This document shows positions 1 to 13,041 of a stretch of 64,000 nucleotides of DNA, in pieces. Numbering within the stretch: position 1 is the stretch's first letter; each line of letters opens with the position of its first letter. The stretch lies in IMG/VR virus record IMGVR_UViG_3300043436_004687, positions 1 to 64,000 of that record; one strand, written 5' to 3'. The translations under genes and the position numbers were made by a program. The notes under the pieces were generated by a model. That model was not told the origin of the DNA, searched no databases, and was given only the letters and a program-made list of their open reading frames with translations.

Positions 1-143
1 TAAAATAAACATTGCAATAAACACACGTCTTTCTTTAGTTTGATCATTTAATAAGTCAATTATCACACAAGATAGGATAAACCCTATCAATAAAACATAT
101 GTTGTTAAAAAAAATCTATCCATAATTTATTTATTTATTTTAA

Positions 144-3100
144 TTAATGCCAATACCACCAAGAGCCGTAAGTTTGTTTTAAAGAATTTATTTTTACTTT
201 AACACGTTCTACCACCAATGGATGTTCTTTAGCTAATTTTAATTCTTTGGTGATTCTTTTAGTGATTTCTCTAACCCTCTTACCATATTTAGTAATATTA
301 GATTTTTCACCATTTCTTTGAATGTCTGAAAGCATCTTTCTATACTTAGGAATTTTAATTACTTCCTCTTCAGATAATTTACTTTCAGACATAATTTGTC
401 TTAAAAGTTTAGCTTCATCTTTATTACGAATATGTTTAGTTTCCTTACCAATCATATCATTGTAATTAATCAACCTTTCTTTTTTACTTAATGTAAAATC
501 TATTTTAGGTTCGTAGAATCCTGGAATTTTACTTGCATCTGGTTTAATATGTTGTAACATAAAAATGGTTTTTAAAAATTAACATTACAAAGATATAACA
601 TTAATTTCTAAAAACCAAATTTATTTATTAAAAAATGTATTAAGAGTTTAAGAATGTTTTATATTCTTGTAACTTAACTACCTCAGCTTTATATGTTTCA
701 ATTTGACTCGATACTTTACCACTTTCTAATTTATTTTGATGTAATTTCTTTTCAACTTCTCTAACAGAACTTAACCAAGTTTGAACATCGAGATTATTTG
801 GAACTGAAAATTTTGCATTATTCAATTCTTTATTCAAATTAGTTTCTTCAGAGGTTAATTTTTTTAATTCCAATTCCAGCAATGGAATAAGATTAGTTTC
901 CCTAGTAACGATTTGAGTCTCTAGTTCAATACTTGCTCTTTCCACAAATTCATCAACCCTTTCAGAAAATAAGTCTTCTGGTGATTTTTTTGAATTTTTA
1001 ATTACCGTTTTTTTAAATTTTGATACATTCATTTTTATAAAATTTTAAATTAATATTAGTTTCTTTTATTGTTTGTTCTATTTTTGGGATGAAAATCTCG
1101 AACAATTTGTTTTCATTACTTTCCCCACCATCAAATTCATTATCAATTAGAGAATAGTAACCACAATCACTACAATCTTGTTTACAACCTTCCCGATATT
1201 CGTTTAAACCATAACCATTTGTATTGGTACATTCAAAATCATTATCATCAAATGATGGAATATATTGAATTAAATCATTTAACTCAAATTCAAAAACGTG
1301 TTTTCTTTGGATATTTAATTCCTCTACATTAATAAACCACATTCTTCCTTCATTCCATAAAACCCCAATTGAATTACTATTATAAGAACCAATTTCTTTA
1401 AAATTTTCTTGTAAATAATTTATTAATTTTTTATTTAAAGATAAACAATAACCACTAGTTGGAAATTGATTATCCTTTGATGGAAAGACTTTTTCTTGTA
1501 TAGAATCTAAAGATATAGAATACCCTCTGTTAGATACTATAGTTTCTTTTGGTTGACATATGAATTTTTCTAATTGTTTAATATCAAAATTCGGTTTACT
1601 AGAATTGTTATGTTCCAATACAAACCAAAAAGTTTTATAATTCCAAGCGATAGTTTTTGCTTTACCCTTATTTTCTAAACTACTATATTCCCTATGATTT
1701 TTTAGGTAAGTAATTAGTTCTGGTGTATGATAACATTTACCTTCATTAGGAAAGACATTTAAATTTCTATACTCTTTAAATAATTCAATATCTAAAAAAT
1801 TATCATCTTGTAATGGAGTTTCTGTTTCTTCTAAATTATCAACATATAAAGAGTATTCACTTTTATAAAATTTAAACATTACTAAGCAATTACATTTAGA
1901 AGTAAATTTATTAATAACAGAACTCCATTTTGAATTTTTGACTAATCTACTATTTCTTAATAGATCAAATTCTTCTTCATTTTTAACCCAAATTTTTTTA
2001 TTTAGTAAATCCATTATTTTTGAAGTTTAAATTGTTCAAACCAATATTTTTTTGCTACTTCTGATTTAACACAATATTTAAAAACAGACTCTATCCAAGT
2101 TCTATTATAATCTTTTACAGCACCACTTTTAATTAATTCATTACCATATTTTACAGATTCATCTTCAACAAATTCATTGTTAAGTTTTATTTCTAAATCA
2201 CTATGAATACTTTGCGATATTGAAAAATTAATATTTAATCTTAATAATATATTAGCAAAATAATTTAAAAAGATTTCGCTACAATTTTCTAATTTAATGG
2301 TTTTTAACCACCATTCACTATGGGATTTAAAATCATCAGTATGAACAATCTTATCGTTTACGATGTAACCATTTGGAAATTCCATTTCTATTTTATTAAC
2401 CTTATCAATAAAATTCCAAATCTCTTTTTCAATGAGAAGTTTTTTAACTTCATCTTCTGAAACTGATTTACCATCGAAATATTTTTCATCTGAATTATTA
2501 CTAATTACTTTATAACCTCGATTGTTTTTTGTTATTTCTAGTCCCATAATTTAATTTAAACCATTTTTTAAGATTCGAAGTTTCTCTTCCAATTCCTTAA
2601 TTTCTTTCTCTTTTTCCGCTTTGATTTTTTTCTCTTTATCCTCAAAATCAATAATTTCATTTGAATTGGATTTTTCTATTTTAAAAGCGTATAAATCTAA
2701 TTCATTATGGTCACAATGCCAATCACAAATCACATAATTCCCACCAATTTTTTTAAACTCTTCTAATTTTGATATTAAAGAATCTATTTTTATTGTACCA
2801 GAATCATAATTATTATGGTTATTATTACCCAAAATTTGAAATGTTCTGAAAGTATTGCCATAATCAAAACCAAAATCTTCTAACACCATAGAATCTATAT
2901 ATTCCTTTGCAACTAAATTTGATGTAATATATAATGTTTTTTTCATATTATTTTATTTTAAAATGAATATCATACATATAGTTAAAACCTTCACATTCAC
3001 GAAAATGTTGATTATCGACTAAAGTTATTTTAAATATTTTCTCAATTTCAATTGTTTTGAATTTAAATAAATATTTTCTCAATAAATTTTCATTTAATTT

Positions 3101-3247
3101 TTTATTAACCATTAAATGAATTGTTTTATTAAATGGATTATTACTATCAAACCATTTATACCAAAACTCATCTAAGTCTAAATTAAATAAATCATAACCC
3201 AATTGGATGATTTCTAATTCTATTTCTGGTTTAGCTATATGTTTCAT
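144..3247 (-). CDS. Block of six co-oriented hypothetical phage ORFs (144-560, 640-1032, 1013-2014, 2014-2547, 2551-2946, 2948-3247)
   Basis: Tightly packed or overlapping minus-strand ORFs with A-rich starts; no motif recognised. Confidence 0.7.
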
Positions 3248-3299
3248 GTTATCTTAAATTAATTATACAAAGATAAGACTTTATTTTAAATAAAAAAAA

Positions 3300-4268
3300 T
3301 TATTTATTAATTTCTTTTTTAATTATTTCACTAAAATCATCATTTAATATTTCATTAATTTCATTAAGATCTATTTTTAAACATTCAGTATAACCATTAA
3401 AAATGGTTAAAGGAATATACTTATTATTTATAAATTTATTTAAGTAATATCTTTCCAAATAAATAGAATTATATAATGATGTTTTATATTCCAATAATAT
3501 TTTCACATTATATGGAAATTGTTTCCCAGAAAACCTATATTTAGTTTCTTCTTTTTTAGTAATACCTATTTTATAAAATAATTCATTATTATTACTACAT
3601 TCCACTAAATAAAATTTTGCATTTATTTTATTCCATAATAACTTATTTCTTTTGGCTAAAGTTATTGTATAACCACCAGTTAAATTTTCAAATGAACATT
3701 TAGGACACCCATTACTTTGTAAATGAAATCTTGGGGATATAGAGAATTCCCCATGTTTTTTACATGTAATATTTATTTTGCTATACCAATCAACAAAAGA
3801 ATCTGAATTATAAACATAAAGATTATTAAATTTCTTATTGGCTTTTAAACAAAAACTTTTAAAATCATTTTTATAATTTCTATTAATAACACTACATTTT
3901 TTACAACCTTGACCATTTATATGATTACGTACATTTTGATTGAAATCACCATGAATTTTACAAGTAATTATAACTTTATCAATCATTTTTTTATACTTAA
4001 ATTTATCATAAGTATAAAAGTTATTATGGATTTTATTAAAAATTTTTATAAAATATTCTTCTTTATTAATTGCTGACCCAATTCCTATTTTCGTATTATT
4101 TAACAATAGATTTGGTCTAACTTTACATAAACCAAATTTATTTTTAACTATTATTTTAATATTACTTTTTACATAATTACTTTCCACAGTAAATAATTTA
4201 TTTTTATAATCACCATTTTTTATTAATAACAATTTAATAAATTCCGAATGCGTAAGTTTTTTATTCAT
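3300..4268 (-). CDS. Putative free-standing homing endonuclease (DUF723-like CxxHG..CxxC repeats, C-terminal GIY-YIG/T5orf172-like domain)
   Basis: Repeats CKIHGDF..GCKKC and CKKHGEF..GCPKC; C-terminal FYLVEC..YKIGITK..RF; directly downstream of thyA. Confidence 0.7.
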   Translation of the reverse strand: MNKKLTHSEFIKLLLIKNGDYKNKLFTVESNYVKSNIKIIVKNKFGLCKVRPNLLLNNTKIGIGSAINKEEYFIKIFNKIHNNFYTYDKFKYKKMIDKVIITCKIHGDFNQNVRNHINGQGCKKCSVINRNYKNDFKSFCLKANKKFNNLYVYNSDSFVDWYSKINITCKKHGEFSISPRFHLQSNGCPKCSFENLTGGYTITLAKRNKLLWNKINAKFYLVECSNNNELFYKIGITKKEETKYRFSGKQFPYNVKILLEYKTSLYNSIYLERYYLNKFINNKYIPLTIFNGYTECLKIDLNEINEILNDDFSEIIKKEINK

Positions 4269-4273
4269 TAAAA

Positions 4274-5602
4274 TTAATTTGATAAGGGAGTTTTTATAGC
4301 AGAATGAGATTGATAATTTTCTAATTTAAAATCACTAGGGGTACAAGATTCTAATAACTCATCAATAGTTCCATCAAACTTTATATTATCATTAAATCTT
4401 AATGTTGGTAGAGGAAATGGTTGTCTATGAGTTCTTAGTTTAATAATTTGTTTATCTCTAATTTGACCCGCCTTTTTATAATCCTTATCTTTAAGTAATT
4501 TATTTTTTTCTTCTTCTAATTCTAAATCAATTCCTAAATGTTCATTTACTGCATCAATTTGATTATCATAAATATGACAATCACCTATATTACCAATCAA
4601 GTCTTCTGGAATCATATTACACATCTTACCTAAGATGCATAATAAGGCACCATAAGATGCTATATTGAAGGGAATGCCAAGTGGGAAATCTGCTGATCTT
4701 TGATTCCATAATAATGAGATTGTTCGTTTAGGGACATTAATATCCTTTTCATTCATTAAATCTTCAAAGAATAAATCACCATCAGATAATTTATAGCCAT
4801 TTTCACTAACGGTGTCATTATCATAATGAGGGTGATGGTATTTTTCAGAATTATCAAAATAAAATTCTCTTCTTTCTTCCAAACTTAACTCTCTTGTATA
4901 AATTTGAAAATCAGTATGACATGGTGGTAATATAGCATCATCAATTTCACTAGGATTCCAAGCTGTTACCTTAAGCCTCCTTGAATCTGGGTTTGCTTTA
5001 ATTTCGTTGATTAAATCTTGAATTTGATCTATTGGGTATTGTTCTATTATTTGAGAAACATCATTTTCATAATTATATTTCCTCCAACCTCTCCATTGAG
5101 CACCATATATCCTACCAAGATTTCCCCATTTATTAGAAAATTCATCATCAGTTTTTATTTTGTTGATAAATTCTTCTTCTGTATAAGGTCTAAATTCACC
5201 TTTAGAAATAGTTCCACTAACAGTTCCATAAATATCTATTGATTTTGAATCAAATCCTTTAATAGTTATTACTCCATTCCCTCTACATTGAAAATTGTCA
5301 AAAGATAAATCTTTGGTTTGATTAAAATACTTCTTATAAGCATCCCCCACCCAAATAAAACAATTGTTATCAACCAAATATTTTAAATCAGTTCTACCAC
5401 TTAAAAACCAATGTAATTCGGTCATAATAGTCTTGAAACCCATTTTTTTTGTGGTTAAAATTGGAAATTTACCATCTTTAAATTTATATCTAATAGTTCT
5501 ACCAAATAAACTTCTTACACCACCATTTCTAGTTTCTTTCTTATGACCATTATCTAAAATATCTCTTAATATTTCTAAATAATCTTTATCTAATTTATTC
5601 AT
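4274..5602 (-). CDS. thyA: Thymidylate synthase with insertions
   Basis: ETRNGG, FPILTTKK, WNP..LPPCH, QRSADFPLGIPFNIASY, GDCHIY motifs. Confidence 0.97.
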   Translation of the reverse strand: MNKLDKDYLEILRDILDNGHKKETRNGGVRSLFGRTIRYKFKDGKFPILTTKKMGFKTIMTELHWFLSGRTDLKYLVDNNCFIWVGDAYKKYFNQTKDLSFDNFQCRGNGVITIKGFDSKSIDIYGTVSGTISKGEFRPYTEEEFINKIKTDDEFSNKWGNLGRIYGAQWRGWRKYNYENDVSQIIEQYPIDQIQDLINEIKANPDSRRLKVTAWNPSEIDDAILPPCHTDFQIYTRELSLEERREFYFDNSEKYHHPHYDNDTVSENGYKLSDGDLFFEDLMNEKDINVPKRTISLLWNQRSADFPLGIPFNIASYGALLCILGKMCNMIPEDLIGNIGDCHIYDNQIDAVNEHLGIDLELEEEKNKLLKDKDYKKAGQIRDKQIIKLRTHRQPFPLPTLRFNDNIKFDGTIDELLESCTPSDFKLENYQSHSAIKTPLSN

Positions 5603-6721
5603 TTATTCTATTATATGAGGTAAAAACCTACTTGTATTATTTGTTATATATTCTGAACTTTCTCTAAAACCAATTCCAACTGATTCTTGACCAATTACCC
5701 AACTACCTATCAATACCTTATTACCATCAAATTCAGGCAACTTAAATAACTCTTGATATATAAAACCCTCTTCACCATATTCACCATCAGTAGACTCTAC
5801 CAACATATCATTTTCAAACAACTCAACATTAGCACCCTCTCTAGATAAAAAAGGTTTCTTAACATAATTTCTTAAATTACGTTTTTCAAAATAACATTCT
5901 AATAAGCTTTCGTGATTTGGAAACAATTCCCATAAAATTGGTAATATCGCTTTATTGCTTAATATCATTTTCCAAGAGGGTTCAATCCAAAGTGTATCTG
6001 TTTTGATTATATTTTTACCAAACTCTTCATTAACAATCCATTCCCAAGGATATAATTTAAATATATTTTTAATTGGGTTTTCATCTATATCGGTGAATTC
6101 ATTTCCATTCCAACCTATTTCATCGATATATATTAATTTGGTTTCAATTCCACCTTGAATAGCACAATCTCTCATATATTCAACTGTGGTTAAATCTTCT
6201 AATGATTCTCTAACACAAGTAAAATATAAAACACCATCATTAAGATATTCTTTTAAAACACCCCAATATTCAACAAGACGTTCATGCACAGAACTAAATT
6301 GATCTTTATTAGGGAATAAATCATTCATCCAATTCCATTGAACAACACCACATTCAAACAACGAAGTTGGTGTATCTGCATTGAATTCCAATAATTTTAA
6401 TTTACCATCCTTCATTACAAAATCAAATCTACCATAAATTGATGGTACATCGTTTTCCCAACTATCAATTATATGTTGATGCATATAATCTGGAATTCCA
6501 AAGCTACTTAATAAATTATTATCAATAACATGTTGAACGGCTTCTAAAGACATTGACCATAATTCATTGGTTGCTTTATATATTTGCTCACTTTCCTCTT
6601 TGGAAATTGAATAATAAGCACTCTCATCCCAATATGGTGTATCTGTAGAATGGAAACCAAAACCAATTTCTTCTAGTTTTGATTCCCAATCTTTTCTTTT
6701 ATTTATCTTTATTCTTTTCAT
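5603..6721 (-). CDS. Glutathionylspermidine synthase-like ATP-grasp ligase (YgiC/YjfC family)
   Basis: YGRFDF, LLEFNADTPTSLFE, KLYPWEW, LSNKAILPILW, SREGANV motifs. Confidence 0.92.
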   Translation of the reverse strand: MKRIKINKRKDWESKLEEIGFGFHSTDTPYWDESAYYSISKEESEQIYKATNELWSMSLEAVQHVIDNNLLSSFGIPDYMHQHIIDSWENDVPSIYGRFDFVMKDGKLKLLEFNADTPTSLFECGVVQWNWMNDLFPNKDQFSSVHERLVEYWGVLKEYLNDGVLYFTCVRESLEDLTTVEYMRDCAIQGGIETKLIYIDEIGWNGNEFTDIDENPIKNIFKLYPWEWIVNEEFGKNIIKTDTLWIEPSWKMILSNKAILPILWELFPNHESLLECYFEKRNLRNYVKKPFLSREGANVELFENDMLVESTDGEYGEEGFIYQELFKLPEFDGNKVLIGSWVIGQESVGIGFRESSEYITNNTSRFLPHIIE

Positions 6722-7075
6722 TTAAGATGCTGAAGAAGAATGAGAACTACTACCAAACCCACCTCTTGATGAAACAACACTTCTTGAAGAAGAAATAGAA
6801 GTTTTATGAGAATTAGTCCCTATATTTGAATTGTGTGAAATAGAGGGACTATACATTCCACCATAATGATAAGAACCACCATAATATCCACCATAAGGTC
6901 TAAATGCAAGATACCACAATAAAAGATTGTTACTATGATGAGTTTGTTCATAAGAAGCCGTATTATCGCCTCTCATGTAAACTTTTTGTTCATCTTCATT
7001 CCATTCTTTTTCTTTATGACATGAAGCTAATAATGCTGTAATTAGCACCAACGAAACTATTTTTGACTTTCTCAT
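6722..7075 (-). CDS. Lipoprotein with Gly/Ser-rich tail (YgiB/DUF1190-like partner of the GSP-synthase-like gene)
   Basis: Lipobox LLASC; tail SSRGGFGSSSHSSSAS; abuts the ATP-grasp gene as in ygiB-ygiC. Confidence 0.65.
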   Translation of the reverse strand: MRKSKIVSLVLITALLASCHKEKEWNEDEQKVYMRGDNTASYEQTHHSNNLLLWYLAFRPYGGYYGGSYHYGGMYSPSISHNSNIGTNSHKTSISSSRSVVSSRGGFGSSSHSSSAS

Positions 7076-7077
7076 AA

Positions 7078-7389
7078 TTATTGAACAGTTACAAATATTG
7101 GAAATTTAGCTTCATGATTGATTACTTTCATTTCACCATTCTCATCTTCAATAGTGTCATTTACATTTGGTAAATTGGGTGTTTTAGTGGTAAAAGTTTC
7201 TTGCATTAATACATTATTCACCCAAAACTTTTGGGTAATAATATGCAATGTTGAATCTTTTTGTACTACACAAGAAAGTAATACTTCTCGGCTACCTTTT
7301 TTATCAGGTTTAGCAGTTTCTTGCTCTGTTGTTTCTTTACAAGAAACAAGGGTAATTGTCAAAGCAATTACAAATAATAATTTTTTCAT
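7078..7389 (-). CDS. Predicted lipoprotein
   Basis: MKKLLFVIALTITLVSC signal/lipobox; promoter box at 7413-7420. Confidence 0.65.
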   Translation of the reverse strand: MKKLLFVIALTITLVSCKETTEQETAKPDKKGSREVLLSCVVQKDSTLHIITQKFWVNNVLMQETFTTKTPNLPNVNDTIEDENGEMKVINHEAKFPIFVTVQ

Positions 7390-8103
7390 ATTTATATAAA
7401 ATTTAATTAGTGCAAATATAATAATTAATATTATATCTTGCAAGTTTTTAGATTACTTTTAAAAAACCAAATTCAATCCAACGAAATATAAAATCTGTTG
7501 AATATTCATTCAAATCAGTAATAATAGAACCTTTAACTCTATCATTAGAAGCTTTTATAATTGTTTCAGTTCTACTTTTAAATTCTAATTTATCACCTTT
7601 CTTTAGTTTCATTATAATCTTTTTAAAATTAATTCAAGTGCTTCCACATATTCAAATTTATCTTGAGTTATTTCTTCCTTTCTATCATATGAATGACAGC
7701 CAGCACTTTCTTCGAATCCACGATAAAATTTACCATCTTCTTCAAAAACCCAATTTTTCCAACCAATTTCTTTTTCAATTAATTTCTTAATAACGTCCTT
7801 TGGTTCTATTTGAACCTTTTGACTAAAATTTCCATATACTTGCATATTTATTATTTTTATTCGTTATACCCTCTTCCATTCCAACCTTGACCATTAGCAA
7901 TTACTCTAGCTGATGGATCAACATAAATTCCACCATATTCACATAATTCACCATTTACTGTAATGGTTGCCGCCCCAGATATGATTACGTTATGTGCAGT
8001 TAAATAAGTATAAATTGCCATTGCAACTTCAGAACCAGTTAAATCTATTTGAACCCCTGGACCATATTCTGTTTTTCCCTTTCCAAATGATATTTCCATA
8101 ATT

Positions 8104-8529
8104 TTATTTTTTAGTTGCTTCTCTTAATATATTCAGAATTGATTCCTTATTTTGTTTATATAGACCAATATTTCTTTTAGATGGGTGAATTAATTCAAAT
8201 ATTTCAGTGTTGCATGAATATGTTTTATCTTTACTATAAAAATAATCTCTAGCAACATTACCCAATAAAATGATTTTATCAGCCAATTGGACTTTAAATT
8301 CTAATGAGCGTTCCCAATATTCATCCATTTGAAATCTACTTGGTTTTAGATGTCCACCATTTTCATCAAAACCTGGGAACTTATCATAAACCGCATCAAA
8401 GGTAAATAAATTCTGAGCTTCTTCTTTAGAAATACCTATTTCACTTAACCAATCATATAATTGAGTAGTGTCATAAGGATAAGTTTGCTTTTGATTTGCT
8501 GGCGCTTGACCAATAATTAGTGTTTTCAT
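8104..8529 (-). CDS. Uracil-DNA glycosylase superfamily protein
   Basis: LIIGQAP and LIHPS motifs. Confidence 0.7.
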   Translation of the reverse strand: MKTLIIGQAPANQKQTYPYDTTQLYDWLSEIGISKEEAQNLFTFDAVYDKFPGFDENGGHLKPSRFQMDEYWERSLEFKVQLADKIILLGNVARDYFYSKDKTYSCNTEIFELIHPSKRNIGLYKQNKESILNILREATKK

Positions 8530-9984
8530 TTATTCTAAATTAAATTGTGGAATTGTTGATTGATTTTTAGACCAAACATTTATAATATCATTTCTGAATT
8601 CGGAAAATTCATTATAAAAAAATTTAAATGTATCAAGTTCAGTGTATCTACAATTTATGTCCGCTATATTCATTTCAAATCTTCGTTTAATTCTAATTTT
8701 TCTCTCTGGGCCATTTAAAAATAAAATAGTAAAGGCGAAATCAAATTCCACTTCAGTTATTGGTTCAAATTTATGAACGTAACCATCTGTATGGAAAATA
8801 TCACTAATACTATAAATTTTAGTTACATCAACTAAATCACCATTTATCGCTATAATCATCTTTTTAATTTTATAATTAATATTTTAATTGAATAATACAA
8901 CAAAAATATTGGAATTAGTATTATTTTTAATAAACGTTTTATAAATAACATACCTCTAATGTTCCTTTATTAATTCTTCCTTGTATTTTGACTCACCTAC
9001 CTTAACTGAATGTGTTCTCCAAGAAGTAACATTCTCTGGTTTAACTGGTAACACCAAAATTTTAATTGGGTTACCACCACCCTTTTCTTTTACTTCTTTA
9101 TATAATTCCTCTAATTGGTTAAGAGTTAATTGTAAACCAACTCTACCACTGGGTAAATCTAATAGATTACCATAACCTATATATCTTTCAGTATTTTTAT
9201 AATCACCCATATTTATTCTTCTAATTTTATCCAACCTTTATTTATTAAATCTTCCACTGAATAATCCATATAAGGAACTGCATAACCCCTTGAACGTAGA
9301 AAATCGATTATCTTAACAACATTAACAATTTTTTCCTTTTCATTTGTAGCTCTTGATAAACAAAATAAGCTAATATCGTAAAAATTACTAAAATTAATCA
9401 TATAATCTTGACGATCACCACAAAAATCTTGATGTTTGAAAGAAATTCCAAAATCTCTTTTAACATAATTTGTTATTTTTGGTTTTAAATCATAGATAGT
9501 TGAATTACCAAAACCTAATTTAGCAACTTCTATCGCATCTTCGTCTGTAATTTTAGACAATGATTTCAATTTAAGATAATCTATAGAGCAAGATATATAT
9601 TCATCATTAACTTCATATAAAGATTGATTAACAATACAATAACCAATTTTTTGATTCCAATATTGTACATAGAATTTATGTCTATTTAATTCTTTCATAA
9701 TATTATTTTTTTATTACTTCTTCTATTAATAAAACCCACTTTTCATCCATTTCATCAGCTGACCAATCTTTACATTCTATTTGATCTCGCATCCAATTTC
9801 TTATAGACATACCCTCTCTAAAATGAATAGGGTGAATTGGAATACCCTTTCTTTTAACATTTAAATTTAATACTGGTGAAACTTCACCCGTTAAACCTTT
9901 TAAATGAGAAAAGAAACTAATTCCTTCTGTCCCTAACCAAACTTTGGCTTTATCAATTAATCTTGTATTAATCATAATTTAAAT

Positions 9985-10231
9985 TTATTTTTTTCAAACC
10001 ATTCATCTAAAGTAAAAACATATTTATCAATATTTTCAAAATAATCTTCTTTGTATATATGTCCCTCATCCACTTGAAATTGATGAACTGTAATACCTAT
10101 TTGATTAAGTAACATGGGGGTTTCTAAAACATCAAGTATAAACTTTCTCTTGACTCGTATTCAAATGGAATATTCCATTCCCAACATTCGGGTTCGGAAC
10201 AATATGTATAATCAAACACTAGTTTTTTCAT
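9985..10231 (-). pseudogene. Small gene broken by a 1-nt frameshift near 10145 (or a sequencing error)
   Basis: MKKLVFDYTYC..YESRE continues as KFILDVLETPMLLNQ..EWFEKK* if one A is added at GAA(A)AG. Confidence 0.4.
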
Positions 10232-13041
10232 AAATTTGATTTTTATAAGTTGTTTTTGCAGCTTCTTCAATTGTTGGTTTATACCCTAGAATTTTTTTTG
10301 TTCTCTTGAAACAATTATCCCAGATTACATCCAACGTATTTTCTTTTAAATGTTCAATGGAAGCATGGGCAAGATGTAAAACACCCTTAAAACCGACTTT
10401 ATAGTAATATCTTTTTGGTAGTTTAACGCAAAATAACAATTCAGCTATTGGTGCTTGTCTTGTTTTTACATGTGAATCTGGTCCAAAATATTGTACCCAA
10501 GAAACTCCATTTTTACCTTTATATCTTAATCCAGTGGTATTTTTAGATGTAATATCTAAATACATACCTTGATTCAAAGCCCAATCTAAAACTTCTTCTT
10601 TTGTTTTATCTTCAAAAATAAAAGAAACAATTTGCGACTCTTCTTTATAAGATAAGTCAATTGGATTGGTAATACGTTCCCAATTTGATTTAATAATATC
10701 CCTTGATAAAATAGTTGCAAAGACACAACCAGTTTTACCTTGCCTAATAAAATGTAGATTTTTATCTATCATTTTCTTTTATTTATAGTTGTTATTGAAA
10801 ATAACATAATTAATATAAAGCAAATGACAATAAACCCTAATGATATCAATGAAAATAAAAATTTCATTATAGATAACATTATTATTAGTATAATAATCCA
10901 AGTTAAAGGTTTTGTATATTTTTCCATTATAATTTATATTTTAAACAAAATTAAACATTATTTTCCATTAAAACAAATAAAATGAGCATTATTTTCCATT
11001 AATTAAGAAATTAGATCTATATAATTATTAACTGTATTTTCACTCAACCCCAATAAATCAAACCAATTTAAAAAATATTGTTCTAAAATATCACTTTTAG
11101 CATGTATTCCTTTATGATGAACCATAAAATCTTTATAATTTTGTATTTTATCAGCTATAAGCATCAATTTAATGTCAATGTTAGTAAATCCAACAAAATT
11201 ATTAATGTCCATATAAGATAAATAACTATTAGCTACTCTACGATATTCACAAGCTAAGATAATTGATTCACTTGAAATATTATTATAATCTAAGGATTTA
11301 TTTTTATTGAATTCATCATCTGATTGCAATAATGGATGTAAATAATAAGCATCTTTAACATTATTAGAAGCTTTCAAATGATTTAAAATAGTACCACCCT
11401 CATCAATGTGGTAAATAAATGGGACTTTACTTCTCTGACTTTTTAAATCGCCATAATAATTTTGTATCAATTTATAGGCTTGACTATGTTTTAATTCTAA
11501 ATGATTACATTTTATTTTTTTCAAATAAGAAGTTATCCCACATTCTTCTAAAGTTAAAATTGCAATTTGATATTGTTGAACTCTTTTAATGAAAACTTGA
11601 TTACCTCTATATTGTTTTAAAACATAAACCGAACCATAATGTGGATAAGTTGGGTAATTGTATAAAGTTACGATAGAATCACCACAATCTATTTCTTTGA
11701 TAACAGAAACCCCAAATTTTTTTAATTGCTTATATCTATATTTTAAATATTTTTTAGCATCCTCAATAGTTTCAGCGTCATAATTGATTTCAAATTCAGT
11801 CATCTTAAATTATTTTTTTACGTTCAATATTGAATATTGGTGCACAATTCTTTAATTTAGCCCACCTAACTATTTCTAAGGTTTTAGGGTTTATTAATTG
11901 ACCTTGAGGATAACCACTATAACTTATTGTATGATAATAAACTCTACCCCAATGATAAACTAAAATAAGATTTCCAAGATATTCTTTACCCTCTATTTTA
12001 TGATATGGAATATCTTTACCTAATATGTAATTATCCGAAATAGAACTATTTTTAGCTTCAAAATTAGGTAATTTTTTAAAATTATTATAATCAAATTGCC
12101 ATTGATGTTTGGGCAAATCTCTGAAGTATTCATTCATTAATTGACTAAATTTATCTCTCTTTATTTCAATTGTATTTAAATTATTGAAATCTTCTTGAGA
12201 TATTCTAGTATCAATTTTTTCAATGTTGTTTCTTAATTTATAAATTTTTGTTTCTAAATTAAATTGAATTAATTTATTATCACCCGATTTATAATACTTA
12301 CAATTACTTTTCATAAATTACTTATATTTTAAATTAATAAAACCACCCATAGTAGTACCCTTTATAAAACCATTATCAAATACCTCATAAAAGCCAAAAG
12401 GATAATCATTTACCCGTTCAATAAGATTGCCTTCAATTATTTCTTTAATCTTCTCACATTTAATGTAATTATAATAGTAATAACCCATCCAAGTAAAAAC
12501 CTTAACTTTTTTATTTTTATAATATTTAATTGCTTCTTCTTCAGTCATCTTTTTATAATTTAAATTAATCCCATTTTCTGTAGAAATCCTCTGTTGGTTT
12601 TTCCAAATACTTAGGTGTATGTGGGTATTGATGTTCATTAAAATCATCATCAGATGTGATTTTTTTATCTGAAAATAAATAACCATATGCTTTAATTAAA
12701 AGCATAATTAAAATAGAAACAAGGATAACAAAAATATTTATAATATTCCCTATAATACCAAATAATTCAAAAAATGAAATAGTATTTGCAGTTGAATTCT
12801 GAGCTGAATTTAAAGCACGAATCCAATGAGCTGCTTCCAAATCATAAGAAAGTATTGTTTTTGATGAATTATCAATTGGTCTAAAATTCATTTTATTTGA
12901 TTCCATATCAATATATTGTTATTGTTCTTTTTAAAATTTATATTACAAAGATAAGACAATTAATTTAAATAACCAAATTTTATTTATCTTTTATTAAATT
13001 TAGCTATATTTATAATGAAGTAGTCTATTAGACTTAAATAT

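Noticed and set aside
12549-12686. N-terminal extension of ORF 12318-12686 overlapping ORF 12565-12906
   Set aside because: The likely true start is ATG 12548 (MTEEEAIK); the overlap is an ORF-caller artefact.
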